Part shown: piece after piece, positions 10,526 to 18,397 of the stretch
Layout: each line of letters starts with the position of its first letter
Position numbering within the stretch: the stretch's first letter is position 1
From: an uncultured SAR86 cluster bacterium
Lineage (GTDB): Bacteria > Pseudomonadota > Gammaproteobacteria > Magnimaribacterales > D2472
Assembly (NCBI GenBank): GCA_902631785.1
Contig: CACOZT010000002.1
Span: forward strand, 18,996 to 82,995
DNA: 64,000 nt
Direction of reading: 5' to 3'
The notes under the pieces: generated by a model
The model's input: only the letters and a program-made list of their open reading frames with translations
Databases searched by the model: none
Told to the model about the DNA's origin: nothing
Position numbers and translations under genes: made by a program

Positions 10526-11377
10526 ATGCAATTTAAAGGTACAAAGAACTATATTTCAACAGAAGATCTCAGTATGGCAGTAAATGCCGCTAGAGCTTTA
10601 GAAAGACCATTGTTAGTAAAAGGTGAGCCTGGAACAGGTAAAACACTTCTTGCTATTGAGGTTGCTAATGCGCTTGGAATGGATCTAATAGAATGGCATA
10701 TCAAATCTACTACAAAAGCTTCGCAAGGTTTGTACGAATATGATGCTGTAACAAGATTGAGAGATTCACAACTGGGCGATGAAAGAGTAAAAGACATATC
10801 CAACTATATTAAAAAAGGAAAGTTATGGGATGCTTTTACATCAGATAAACAAGTAGTTTTGCTGATAGATGAAATTGATAAAGCAGATATAGAGTTCCCA
10901 AATGATTTACTTCAAGAATTGGATAGGATGGAGTTTTTTTGCTATGAGACAGGAGAGACAATAAAAGCAAAACACCGACCATTAATAATTATGACTTCAA
11001 ATAATGAAAAAGAATTACCTGATGCTTTTTTAAGAAGATGTTTTTTTCATTATATTCAATTCCCTGACAGGGAAACAATGAATAAAATTGTTTCTGTTCA
11101 TTATCCCAAGATAAAGAAAAAGCTTGTAAGTGAAGCCCTTGAGATATTTTTTGATTTACGTAAAATTCCCGGTCTTAAGAAAAAGCCTTCAACGTCTGAA
11201 TTGATTGACTGGCTTAAACTTTTACTTTCAGATGATATGCCAGATGAGATTCTTAAAAATGCAGATTCATCTAAAGCAATTCCTCCATTGTATGGAGCGT
11301 TGCTAAAGAACGAACAAGACGTTCAATTACTTGAAAGGTTAGCATTTATGTCGAGGAGAGAATCAAACTCTAAGTAA
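10526..11377 (+). CDS. MoxR-family AAA+ ATPase (CoxD-like)
   Basis: 283 aa. Walker A GEPGTGKT, Walker B LLIDEIDKA, sensor region TSNNEKELPDAFLRRC. Confidence 0.8.
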   Translation: MQFKGTKNYISTEDLSMAVNAARALERPLLVKGEPGTGKTLLAIEVANALGMDLIEWHIKSTTKASQGLYEYDAVTRLRDSQLGDERVKDISNYIKKGKLWDAFTSDKQVVLLIDEIDKADIEFPNDLLQELDRMEFFCYETGETIKAKHRPLIIMTSNNEKELPDAFLRRCFFHYIQFPDRETMNKIVSVHYPKIKKKLVSEALEIFFDLRKIPGLKKKPSTSELIDWLKLLLSDDMPDEILKNADSSKAIPPLYGALLKNEQDVQLLERLAFMSRRESNSK

Positions 11378-12553
11378 ATGTTAATTAATTTATTTCAAAC
11401 AATAAGATCATCTGGAGTGCCATGTACTGTGAGAGAGCTTTTAGATCTTTTGGGCGCGCTTGAAAATCAACTAGTTTATGCAAATATTGATGATTTTTAT
11501 TATCTTTCAAGAGCAACTCTTGTAAAAGATGAAAAATATTATGATAAGTTTGATAAAGCTTTTGAAATATATTTTAAAGGTATTGAGCGAATGGAGGATG
11601 TTTTCCAAGCATTAATACCAGAAGATTGGCTTAGAAAAGCATTTGAAAAAGAATTGGATCCTGAAGAATTAAAAAAAATTAAGTCGCTAGGTGGATTAGA
11701 AAAACTTTTAGAAGAATTTAAAAAACGTCTAGAAGAACAAAAAGAACGTCATGAAGGTGGAAATAAGTGGGTTGGAACTAATGGAACTTCTCCTTATGGT
11801 CATGGAGGTCAAAATCCTGAAGGTATAAGAATTGGTGGTCCTGGCGGGCAGAAGAAGGCAGTAAAAATATGGGAACAACGTCAATATTCCAACCTTGATG
11901 ATTCAGTAATAATTGGAACTAGGGATATCAAAATGGCATTGAGACGATTAAGAAAATTTGCAAGACAGGGTAATGATCTTGAACTAGATATGGATGATAC
12001 GATTAAATCAACAGCTAAAAATGCGGGTTATTTAGATATCAAGATGGTTCCTGAAAGACTAAATTCTGTAAAAGTTATAGTGATGTTCGATGTCGGTGGT
12101 TCAATGGATCCATACGTTAAATTATGTGAAGAATTATTTTCTGCAATAAAAACTGAATTTAAAAATTTAGAATATTTTTATTTTCATAACTCTATATATG
12201 AATCAGTATGGAAAGATAACAGAAGAAGATCACAAGAACGTTTCCTGGTTCAGGATATTATCAATAAATTTTCATCAGACTATAAAGTAATTGTTGTTGG
12301 AGATGCAACGATGGCACCATATGAGATTACTAATGCTGGTGGTAGTATTGAACATTGGAATGAGGAGCCAAGTCATGTATGGATTAAAAGATTATCAGAT
12401 CACTTTGAGAATATGGCATGGTTAAATCCTGTACCTGATGATCATTGGGACTATACTTCATCAATATGCATTTTGAGAGATTTATTTGAAAATAGAATGT
12501 ATCCATTAACCTTAAAAGGCCTAGAGGAAGGTATGGCTGAGCTATCAAAATGA
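11378..12553 (+). CDS. VWA domain protein (CoxE-like partner of MoxR ATPase)
   Basis: 391 aa. C-terminal VWA fold with a MIDAS-like MFDVGGSMD motif. Its ATG directly abuts the moxR stop (TAAATG). Confidence 0.75.
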   Translation: MLINLFQTIRSSGVPCTVRELLDLLGALENQLVYANIDDFYYLSRATLVKDEKYYDKFDKAFEIYFKGIERMEDVFQALIPEDWLRKAFEKELDPEELKKIKSLGGLEKLLEEFKKRLEEQKERHEGGNKWVGTNGTSPYGHGGQNPEGIRIGGPGGQKKAVKIWEQRQYSNLDDSVIIGTRDIKMALRRLRKFARQGNDLELDMDDTIKSTAKNAGYLDIKMVPERLNSVKVIVMFDVGGSMDPYVKLCEELFSAIKTEFKNLEYFYFHNSIYESVWKDNRRRSQERFLVQDIINKFSSDYKVIVVGDATMAPYEITNAGGSIEHWNEEPSHVWIKRLSDHFENMAWLNPVPDDHWDYTSSICILRDLFENRMYPLTLKGLEEGMAELSK

Positions 12554-13914
12554 ATAATGAGATAATTAAAGAAAATGGAATTAAATGGGGTCCATATAGA
12601 TTAAGGATTCCTTTTATACATATGAGGTTTCTTACTGGGGAGTTTCTTCAGGGGTTAATAATTGCTGGTGCTACTGCATTGGCTGGTGCTCCAGTTGTCA
12701 TGGCTCTTGGATTAAGCTTTGAGCAAGCAGTTGCTTGTTGCCTAATCGCCAGTATATTAATTACTTCTGGCCCAATTATATTTGGTGAACCACTAGCTCC
12801 AGGATGGGTTACACCAGCTTTGCCGTTAGTAATAGCATTTTTTATGTCGAAAGGATTTTTCGATGGAGTATATAGAGCAGAATCTTTTCAATACATGGCA
12901 GCGATGTGCATAGAATTTACTATAATTATATTGTTTTTGGGTTTAACAGGACTGGGCAAAGTAATTGTTGAAAAAATACCAAATGCTTTAAAATCTGGAA
13001 TCATTTTAGGAGCTGCTCTAGCAGCATTCTATCAAATCTTTTTCAGTGATTTTCAAAGATATATTGGTGATACGCCTGTAGCAACATTAACAATCTTAAT
13101 AATTTGCACCATCACTACTTTTTCGGAACCATTTAAAAGAATTGCTGAAAACAATAAATTTTTAAAGACTATTGGATCTCTTGGATTATTACCTGGATTT
13201 TTAATAGCAGCTTTTGTTGGTTATCTTGTTGGAGAAATAAATTTTGATATTCAGTCTGGATTTATAGTTCCTCCAATTAATGAAGTTATTGAGTTAACTT
13301 CGCCTCTATCAATAGGTTTACCGCCAACAGCCTATTACATAGAAGTATTTCCTCTTGTAATCATTGGATACCTATTGTTATTTGGTGATTTCGTAACTGG
13401 TATCGAGATTATCAAAGATGGTCAAAAAAATAGACCTGATGAGCAAATTAATATTGATATTAATAGAGCACATAACAGCGTTGGTATAAGAAACCTTATT
13501 GGTACATTTGTGAATCCTTTTTTCCCAACTCAAGGTGCTCTGTGGACAGGAGTGCATGTAATTATTATTGAAAGATGGAAGCAGGGAAGTGACGTTATGA
13601 AATCTCTTTTTGATGGAATAGGTTCTTACTATTTAATGGGCATACCTTTATTATTTTTTGTACTTCCATTTATTACATTTATGAAGCCTTTAATGATATT
13701 AGCTCTGGGTGTTACGTTAGTTCTGACTGGCTTAGCATGTTCATATGTTGCTATTTCATTAGTAAAAAAGAACAGTGAAATTGCGATATCTATTGTTACT
13801 GCACTTTTTGTTGCTTTCGGTGAGTTTAATGGGGTTGCCGCTCCGTGGATTGGATTAGTGATCGGATTATTTTTAAGTATTGTGCTTGTTGATAGCTCGC
13901 TGAGAGATAACTAA
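12550..13914 (+). CDS. Uncharacterised polytopic membrane protein, distant NCS2/AzgA- or SulP-like permease
   Basis: 454 aa with at least 10 hydrophobic segments. GDFVTG and NPFFPTQGALWTG segments are reminiscent of 7+7 inverted-repeat permeases. ATGA overlap with the VWA gene. Confidence 0.5.
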   Translation: MNNEIIKENGIKWGPYRLRIPFIHMRFLTGEFLQGLIIAGATALAGAPVVMALGLSFEQAVACCLIASILITSGPIIFGEPLAPGWVTPALPLVIAFFMSKGFFDGVYRAESFQYMAAMCIEFTIIILFLGLTGLGKVIVEKIPNALKSGIILGAALAAFYQIFFSDFQRYIGDTPVATLTILIICTITTFSEPFKRIAENNKFLKTIGSLGLLPGFLIAAFVGYLVGEINFDIQSGFIVPPINEVIELTSPLSIGLPPTAYYIEVFPLVIIGYLLLFGDFVTGIEIIKDGQKNRPDEQINIDINRAHNSVGIRNLIGTFVNPFFPTQGALWTGVHVIIIERWKQGSDVMKSLFDGIGSYYLMGIPLLFFVLPFITFMKPLMILALGVTLVLTGLACSYVAISLVKKNSEIAISIVTALFVAFGEFNGVAAPWIGLVIGLFLSIVLVDSSLRDN

Positions 13915-13915
13915 A

Positions 13916-14830
13916 TTGGAAAACTTCGCTCTCGAAATATCAAATCTTAGAAAGATTTATTCTGGTGGTACTGAAGCTTTAAAAGGAATCTCACTAAAGG
14001 TAAAAGAAGGAGATTTCTATGCTCTCCTAGGACCTAATGGAGCGGGTAAATCTTCAACAATTGGAATTATTGGAACACTAGTGACCAAAACTAGTGGAAC
14101 TGTAAAAATATTTAATCACGATATTGATCACAATGTTTCTATTGCAAAATCAGTTTTGGGTGTTGTATCTCAAGAATTAAATTTTTCACAATTTGAAAAA
14201 GTAATAGATATTGTTACTACACAAGCAGGTTTTTATGGAATCACTAAATCAGTAGCAAAACCAAAGGTAAAGATGATGCTTCAAAGGCTGGGTCTATGGG
14301 ACAAGAGAAACGATCAGGCAAGAACTCTTTCTGGTGGCTATAAAAGAAGATTAATGATCGCAAAAGCTCTTATACATGAACCAAAACTTTTAATTCTAGA
14401 TGAACCAACTGCTGGAGTAGATATTGAATTGAGGAGAGAAATGTGGGATTTTCTAAAGGAAATTAATAATAATGGAACGACAATAATTCTCACAACTCAT
14501 TATTTAGAGGAAGCAGAGCAATTATGTAGAAATATTGGGATTATAGATCATGGTGAAATTGTTGTTGATACTTCGATGAAAGATCTCTTGAGAAGGCTTG
14601 ATGTTCAAGGTTTTGTTCTTGATCTTGAGGAACCATTAGATGAAGCTCCAATTATTGATGGTTTTGAACTAAGATTAGAAGATTCTCTTACATTAGTAAC
14701 AGCTGTCAGCAAAGATAGCTCTATAAATAGTTTATTTAGTGAGCTAAATAAGATTGGTGTAAATGTAAAATCTATGCGCAATGAATCTAATAGGCTTGAA
14801 GAATTATTTATAGAGATGATTAAAAAATAA
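13916..14830 (+). CDS. ABC transporter ATP-binding protein (ABC-2 type, YadG-like)
   Basis: 304 aa. Walker A GPNGAGKSS, signature LSGGYKRR, Walker B LLILDEPT. TTG start 1 nt after the previous stop. Confidence 0.85.
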   Translation: MENFALEISNLRKIYSGGTEALKGISLKVKEGDFYALLGPNGAGKSSTIGIIGTLVTKTSGTVKIFNHDIDHNVSIAKSVLGVVSQELNFSQFEKVIDIVTTQAGFYGITKSVAKPKVKMMLQRLGLWDKRNDQARTLSGGYKRRLMIAKALIHEPKLLILDEPTAGVDIELRREMWDFLKEINNNGTTIILTTHYLEEAEQLCRNIGIIDHGEIVVDTSMKDLLRRLDVQGFVLDLEEPLDEAPIIDGFELRLEDSLTLVTAVSKDSSINSLFSELNKIGVNVKSMRNESNRLEELFIEMIKK

Positions 14831-14831
14831 A

Positions 14832-15614
14832 ATGAATATAACTAACAAAAAAATTCTAATTACTCTTTGGACTTTAACCTCAAAGGAAATAAGAAGATTC
14901 ATGAGAATATGGATACAAACATTAGTACCTCCTGCAGTAACAATGTCTTTATATTTTGTAATTTTTGGTTCTTTAATTGGTCCTCGTATAGGTGAAATGG
15001 ATGGTTTTGACTATGTACAATTTATGATACCTGGACTAATAATGATGTCTGTAATTACAAACTCATATGCTAACGTTGTATCTTCGTTTTATGGTGTAAA
15101 GTTTCAAAAATCAATTGAGGAGTTATTAATTTCACCTATGCCTCATTGGGCCATATTACTTGGATTTATTCTGGGCGGAGTATCAAGGGGTGTACTAGTT
15201 GGGATTATTGTTTTTTGTGTAAGTTTAATTTTTTATCCAGAGTTTGAAATAGTTAACTTAGGGCTAACTCTGCTAGTGCTTGTTTTAACTGCAGTTTTAT
15301 TTTCATTGATGGGATTTATTAATGCAATTTTTGCTGATAGTTTTGATGACATCTCAGTTATTCCAACTTTTGTACTAACTCCTCTAATATATTTAGGAGG
15401 TGTTTTTTATTCTATAAATATTTTACCTGAGTTTTGGAGACAAGTTTCAATGGCAAATCCAATGTTATATGTAGTGAATACTTTTAGAGAGGGAATGCTT
15501 GGAATTAGCGATGTATCAATTTCATTTTCTTTGACAATGATTTCTATTTTTATATTTATATTCACTTCATTGTCACTATATTTATTGCACAAAGGCATTG
15601 GAACTCGAGAATGA
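14832..15614 (+). CDS. ABC-2 type transporter permease (YadH-like)
   Basis: 260 aa, six TM segments. Follows the ABC-2 ATPase with a 1-nt gap. Confidence 0.8.
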   Translation: MNITNKKILITLWTLTSKEIRRFMRIWIQTLVPPAVTMSLYFVIFGSLIGPRIGEMDGFDYVQFMIPGLIMMSVITNSYANVVSSFYGVKFQKSIEELLISPMPHWAILLGFILGGVSRGVLVGIIVFCVSLIFYPEFEIVNLGLTLLVLVLTAVLFSLMGFINAIFADSFDDISVIPTFVLTPLIYLGGVFYSINILPEFWRQVSMANPMLYVVNTFREGMLGISDVSISFSLTMISIFIFIFTSLSLYLLHKGIGTRE

Positions 15615-16333
15615 AGACTTCATTTTTAGGAAAGAAATCTAAAACAATAAAAAAAAGTGGTAAGAATCTTTTAGATGCTATAAGCAGAGTAAAGGAAAAT
15701 ATAAATCATGGAACTGATATATGGAATGTATATGATTTCATGCATTTAGATAAAAATAAAATTCCAGCCTTAAATGTATTAGAGATATCCATACCCTCTA
15801 AATCAGACTTTATGATTGAGTCCAAGTCAATGAAGTTATATTTGAATAGTTTCTATAACAAATCATTTAATTCTAAGACTGAAATTATTAAAAAAATTAA
15901 AAATGATATTCAATCTAAAATAAAAACGGATATCAAAGTGAAGTTTATTAACTCTTTTGTTAAAGAGCCCAAATTCTTTGACTTAAATAATTCAAAACTT
16001 AAATTAACTCCTCCAAAAAAGATTATTAAATTTAATGGATTTAGATCTATATGTCCTGTTACATCTCAGCCAGATTTTGCAAGCATTTATATCTTTTCTG
16101 ATGTTTCTATTAATATTTCTTGGTTAAAAAAATATTTGATCTCTTTTGCTAATCATGGAGGATTTCACGAACAATGTATTGAACTCATATTTAAAACTTT
16201 AAAAAATGAAATTTCGTTCAATCATTTAGAAGTTTGTGGTCGTTTCCAAAGAAGGGGCGGCATAGATATAAATCCAATTAGAGGTACTCATAATAAAAAA
16301 TTATTTGTAAATTTTAGAGAATTTAATCAATAA
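15611..16333 (+). CDS. queF: NADPH-dependent 7-cyano-7-deazaguanine (preQ0) reductase, bimodular type
   Basis: 240 aa. QueF motif ESKSMKLYLNSF and catalytic-Cys segment SICPVTSQPDFASIYI. ATGA overlap with the preceding gene. Confidence 0.75.
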   Translation: MKTSFLGKKSKTIKKSGKNLLDAISRVKENINHGTDIWNVYDFMHLDKNKIPALNVLEISIPSKSDFMIESKSMKLYLNSFYNKSFNSKTEIIKKIKNDIQSKIKTDIKVKFINSFVKEPKFFDLNNSKLKLTPPKKIIKFNGFRSICPVTSQPDFASIYIFSDVSINISWLKKYLISFANHGGFHEQCIELIFKTLKNEISFNHLEVCGRFQRRGGIDINPIRGTHNKKLFVNFREFNQ

Positions 16334-16357
16334 TAAATAAATACATAAGGAGAAATT

Positions 16358-16798
16358 ATGAAAAATATACTATTACTTGTTATTACATTTTCGATATCAA
16401 ATGTATTTGCCGAAATTTGGAAGGACTATGAGCCTTCTGAGAGACAAATACAACTTACCGTCATTGACGTACAAGCAAATTATTTAGATAACTATTTGGT
16501 CAACTTGAAGAGAACATGGGTAAGATCAGTTGAAGCTCAAAAAGAACTTGGACACATTGTAGATTATGGTGTTTATGTATCTGATGGTGCAAATAGCCCA
16601 AATGTTTGGCTAACAATTGAATATGAGAATATGGCTGCTATGGAACAAACAAAAGAAAAATATGATGCTGTTAATGCTTTACTTGCTAAAAGATATGGTG
16701 ATGATGAGGAGGAACTTGATAAAATCTCTAAAGGTTATGAAGAGATAAGAAGAATGGTTGATAACCAAAGAATTAATCAAGTGATGTTTAAAATGTAA
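16358..16798 (+). CDS. Secreted hypothetical protein
   Basis: 146 aa. Good SD (AAGGAGA), N-terminal signal peptide (LLLVITFSISNVFA/E), no recognisable domain. Confidence 0.5.
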   Translation: MKNILLLVITFSISNVFAEIWKDYEPSERQIQLTVIDVQANYLDNYLVNLKRTWVRSVEAQKELGHIVDYGVYVSDGANSPNVWLTIEYENMAAMEQTKEKYDAVNALLAKRYGDDEEELDKISKGYEEIRRMVDNQRINQVMFKM

Positions 16799-16804
16799 CT
16801 AGTT

Positions 16805-16827
16805 GCCCCCTTTTTAAATAAGGGGGC
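16805..16827. terminator. GC-rich hairpin between convergent ORF and tRNA-Ser
   Basis: GCCCCCT (16805-16811) pairs with AGGGGGC (16821-16827) around a 9-nt loop. No strong U-tract on either strand, so terminator function is tentative. Confidence 0.4.
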
Positions 16828-16833
16828 CAAATT

Positions 16834-16918
16834 TGGCGGAAGGTGAGGGAATCGAACCCCCGCGCCGTTACCGACGACACCTTTCCAAGGTGCTGCATTA
16901 CCGCTCTGCCAACCTTCC
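16834..16918 (-). tRNA. tRNA-Ser (anticodon GGA)
   Basis: Reverse complement reads GGAAGGT...GCACC-TTGGAAA-GGTGT...long variable arm...GGGGG-TTCGATT-CCCTC-ACCTTCC-G-CCA. Cloverleaf folded by hand; CCA is encoded. Confidence 0.85.
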
Positions 16919-16957
16919 AATTTAGAAATAATTATACTTGTTTCACAATATCTTTAA

Positions 16958-17263
16958 ATGTATGATTTCTTGATGCCAAGTAATTATTCAAAAAACCTCA
17001 CCAGCATCCTAGAGATGCTTTGGAATATTGAAAAAGATCTTAATTTAGTGTCATACAATGAAACTGAAAAAAAGATTTACTATATTATTGCTTGGAAACT
17101 TTCCAATTGTGGTACATGTAATATAAGTGATGTCATAGAGTCGTCAGGATTTTCAAGATCAACTGTTTATAAGACTATAAAAAAATTTGAATTAGCAGAT
17201 CTTGTTTTAGTTAAACAATCAGAAGGAGACAAAAGAGAATTTAATTTAATATTAGCAAATTAA
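16958..17263 (+). CDS. Small winged-helix (MarR/TrmB-like) DNA-binding protein
   Basis: 101 aa. The segment ISDVIESSGFSRSTVYKTIKKFELADLVLV looks like a wHTH recognition helix plus wing. No close family recognised. Confidence 0.45.
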   Translation: MYDFLMPSNYSKNLTSILEMLWNIEKDLNLVSYNETEKKIYYIIAWKLSNCGTCNISDVIESSGFSRSTVYKTIKKFELADLVLVKQSEGDKREFNLILAN

Positions 17264-17282
17264 AAACTTTTAAATCTAAATC

Positions 17283-17882
17283 ATGATTCACACTTTAAAA
17301 GTAACTATAACTGTATATGTTTTCGCAATGTTTTGTTATTCCGTGTGGTATTTTCTTCAAGTTCTTGATCTTGCAGGTATGAATCCAAATGGTGAATGGC
17401 TTGGCAGTTTATGTTATTTACCCCATGGAGCAAGAGTTTTAATGTTTTGCTTTTTTAGATATCACTCATTACCTGGATTATATTTAGCAGAAATAACTGG
17501 TCCGTCACTGATACATCACGATGATTATATGAATGGTTGGCCAATTGCAGCCTTTGCCTCCTTATTTTCTGTAGCTGCAGCGGTTGAATTAGTTAAATGG
17601 ACAAGGGCAACTCCTGGCTTTTTCTCATTTTTTAAAGAGGTAAATTTTGAAAACTACAAATTTTTATATTTAGTTATTGTAGTTTCTGCTCTATTAAATG
17701 GGCTTTTAGTAAACGTAATACTTTCAGTTATCAACTCAACTAATTCAATAAGTGTAATCACTGTTTTCAGATTTGCTGTTGGTGATTTTCTCGGTGCTAT
17801 CGCAGTAATAGCTGCTTTATGGATAATTTTCAGAACCCTTGTTGATACTCGTCTTATTGTTGATCCTAGGTTAGAGGATTAA
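17283..17882 (+). CDS. Hypothetical integral membrane protein
   Basis: 199 aa, about 5-6 hydrophobic segments, YLPHGARVL motif. Lies 19 nt downstream of the wHTH gene. Confidence 0.5.
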   Translation: MIHTLKVTITVYVFAMFCYSVWYFLQVLDLAGMNPNGEWLGSLCYLPHGARVLMFCFFRYHSLPGLYLAEITGPSLIHHDDYMNGWPIAAFASLFSVAAAVELVKWTRATPGFFSFFKEVNFENYKFLYLVIVVSALLNGLLVNVILSVINSTNSISVITVFRFAVGDFLGAIAVIAALWIIFRTLVDTRLIVDPRLED

Positions 17883-17886
17883 TTTC

Positions 17887-17915
17887 TTGCATACTGTATA
17901 TTTATACAGTATTAT
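17887..17915 (+). promoter_or_regulatory. Sigma70-type promoter (TTGCAT-N17-TATTAT) with embedded LexA/SOS box (17892-17911)
   Basis: TACTGTATATTTATACAGTA matches the gammaproteobacterial SOS-box consensus TACTG(TA)5CAGTA at 19 of 20 positions, with CTGT-N8-ACAG intact. It fills the promoter spacer. Confidence 0.7.
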
Positions 17916-17921
17916 AGTTGT

Positions 17922-18140
17922 ATGAATAATTTAGTATATTTAAACAAAGATCCTATTCTTAAAGAATTTAATTCATATGTTGACAAAAGTTCTGCAAAAA
18001 AGATGATAGCTTTTAAATATTTTAATGGCAATTTACAGCTTTTTGATCAATATCTAAAAGATAATAGTTATGAAAATGTAGATACGTCACATAGTTTTGA
18101 TTTTACAGAACCGAAATCACAATTAGAATTTTCTTTCTAG
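17922..18140 (+). CDS. Hypothetical 72-aa protein, putatively SOS-regulated
   Basis: The ORF begins 7 nt after the -10 hexamer with no SD, implying a leaderless mRNA if translated. No similarity I recognise. Coding status uncertain. Confidence 0.35.
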   Translation: MNNLVYLNKDPILKEFNSYVDKSSAKKMIAFKYFNGNLQLFDQYLKDNSYENVDTSHSFDFTEPKSQLEFSF

Positions 18141-18363
18141 TAATAAATAATTCTTTATTTACAATCTATAGCGTATATAATTTGCATAAGCGTCTTATTT
18201 AGTAATTTTTTAAGGGGATTACTAAATATGTTTATTACTACCCTGAACATGGAGGTGGTCCTATTAGTATTTATTTAACAACAGGAAGCGGAGGTTTTAC
18301 CTTTTGACAGAGGTAATTTTTTAGTTTCCGGCTAACAATTGTAATTAACGAGAGTTAGTTTAT

Positions 18364-18392
18364 AACCCCCATCTAGATGGGGGTTTTTATTT
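18364..18392 (+). terminator. Rho-independent terminator
   Basis: AACCCCCAT-CTAG-ATGGGGGTT is a perfect 9-bp GC-rich stem followed by TTTTTATTT. It ends only a few nt before the ATG at 18398. Confidence 0.75.
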
Positions 18393-18397
18393 AGATT

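Noticed and set aside
16799-16957. Searched for signs that tRNA-Ser is an integration site: a duplicated tRNA 3' segment, an integrase or phage genes.
   Set aside because: I could find no repeat of the tRNA 3' end in the flanks by eye, and no integrase. The neighbouring orphan genes lie on the 5' side of the tRNA, not the usual 3' integration side. The orphan genes are kept only as a low-confidence accessory-module finding.
18141-18397. Tried to match the spacer to known riboswitch or RNA classes from memory: TPP, cobalamin, SAM-II/V, glycine, fluoride, guanidine-I/II/III, preQ1, yybP-ykoY, ZTP, SRP RNA and 6S.
   Set aside because: No convincing conserved-core match. Only a TGGTCC fragment resembling ykkC and an ACCCTGAAC fragment resembling TPP were found, without the rest of either motif. 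The spacer is reported as an unclassified structured element instead.
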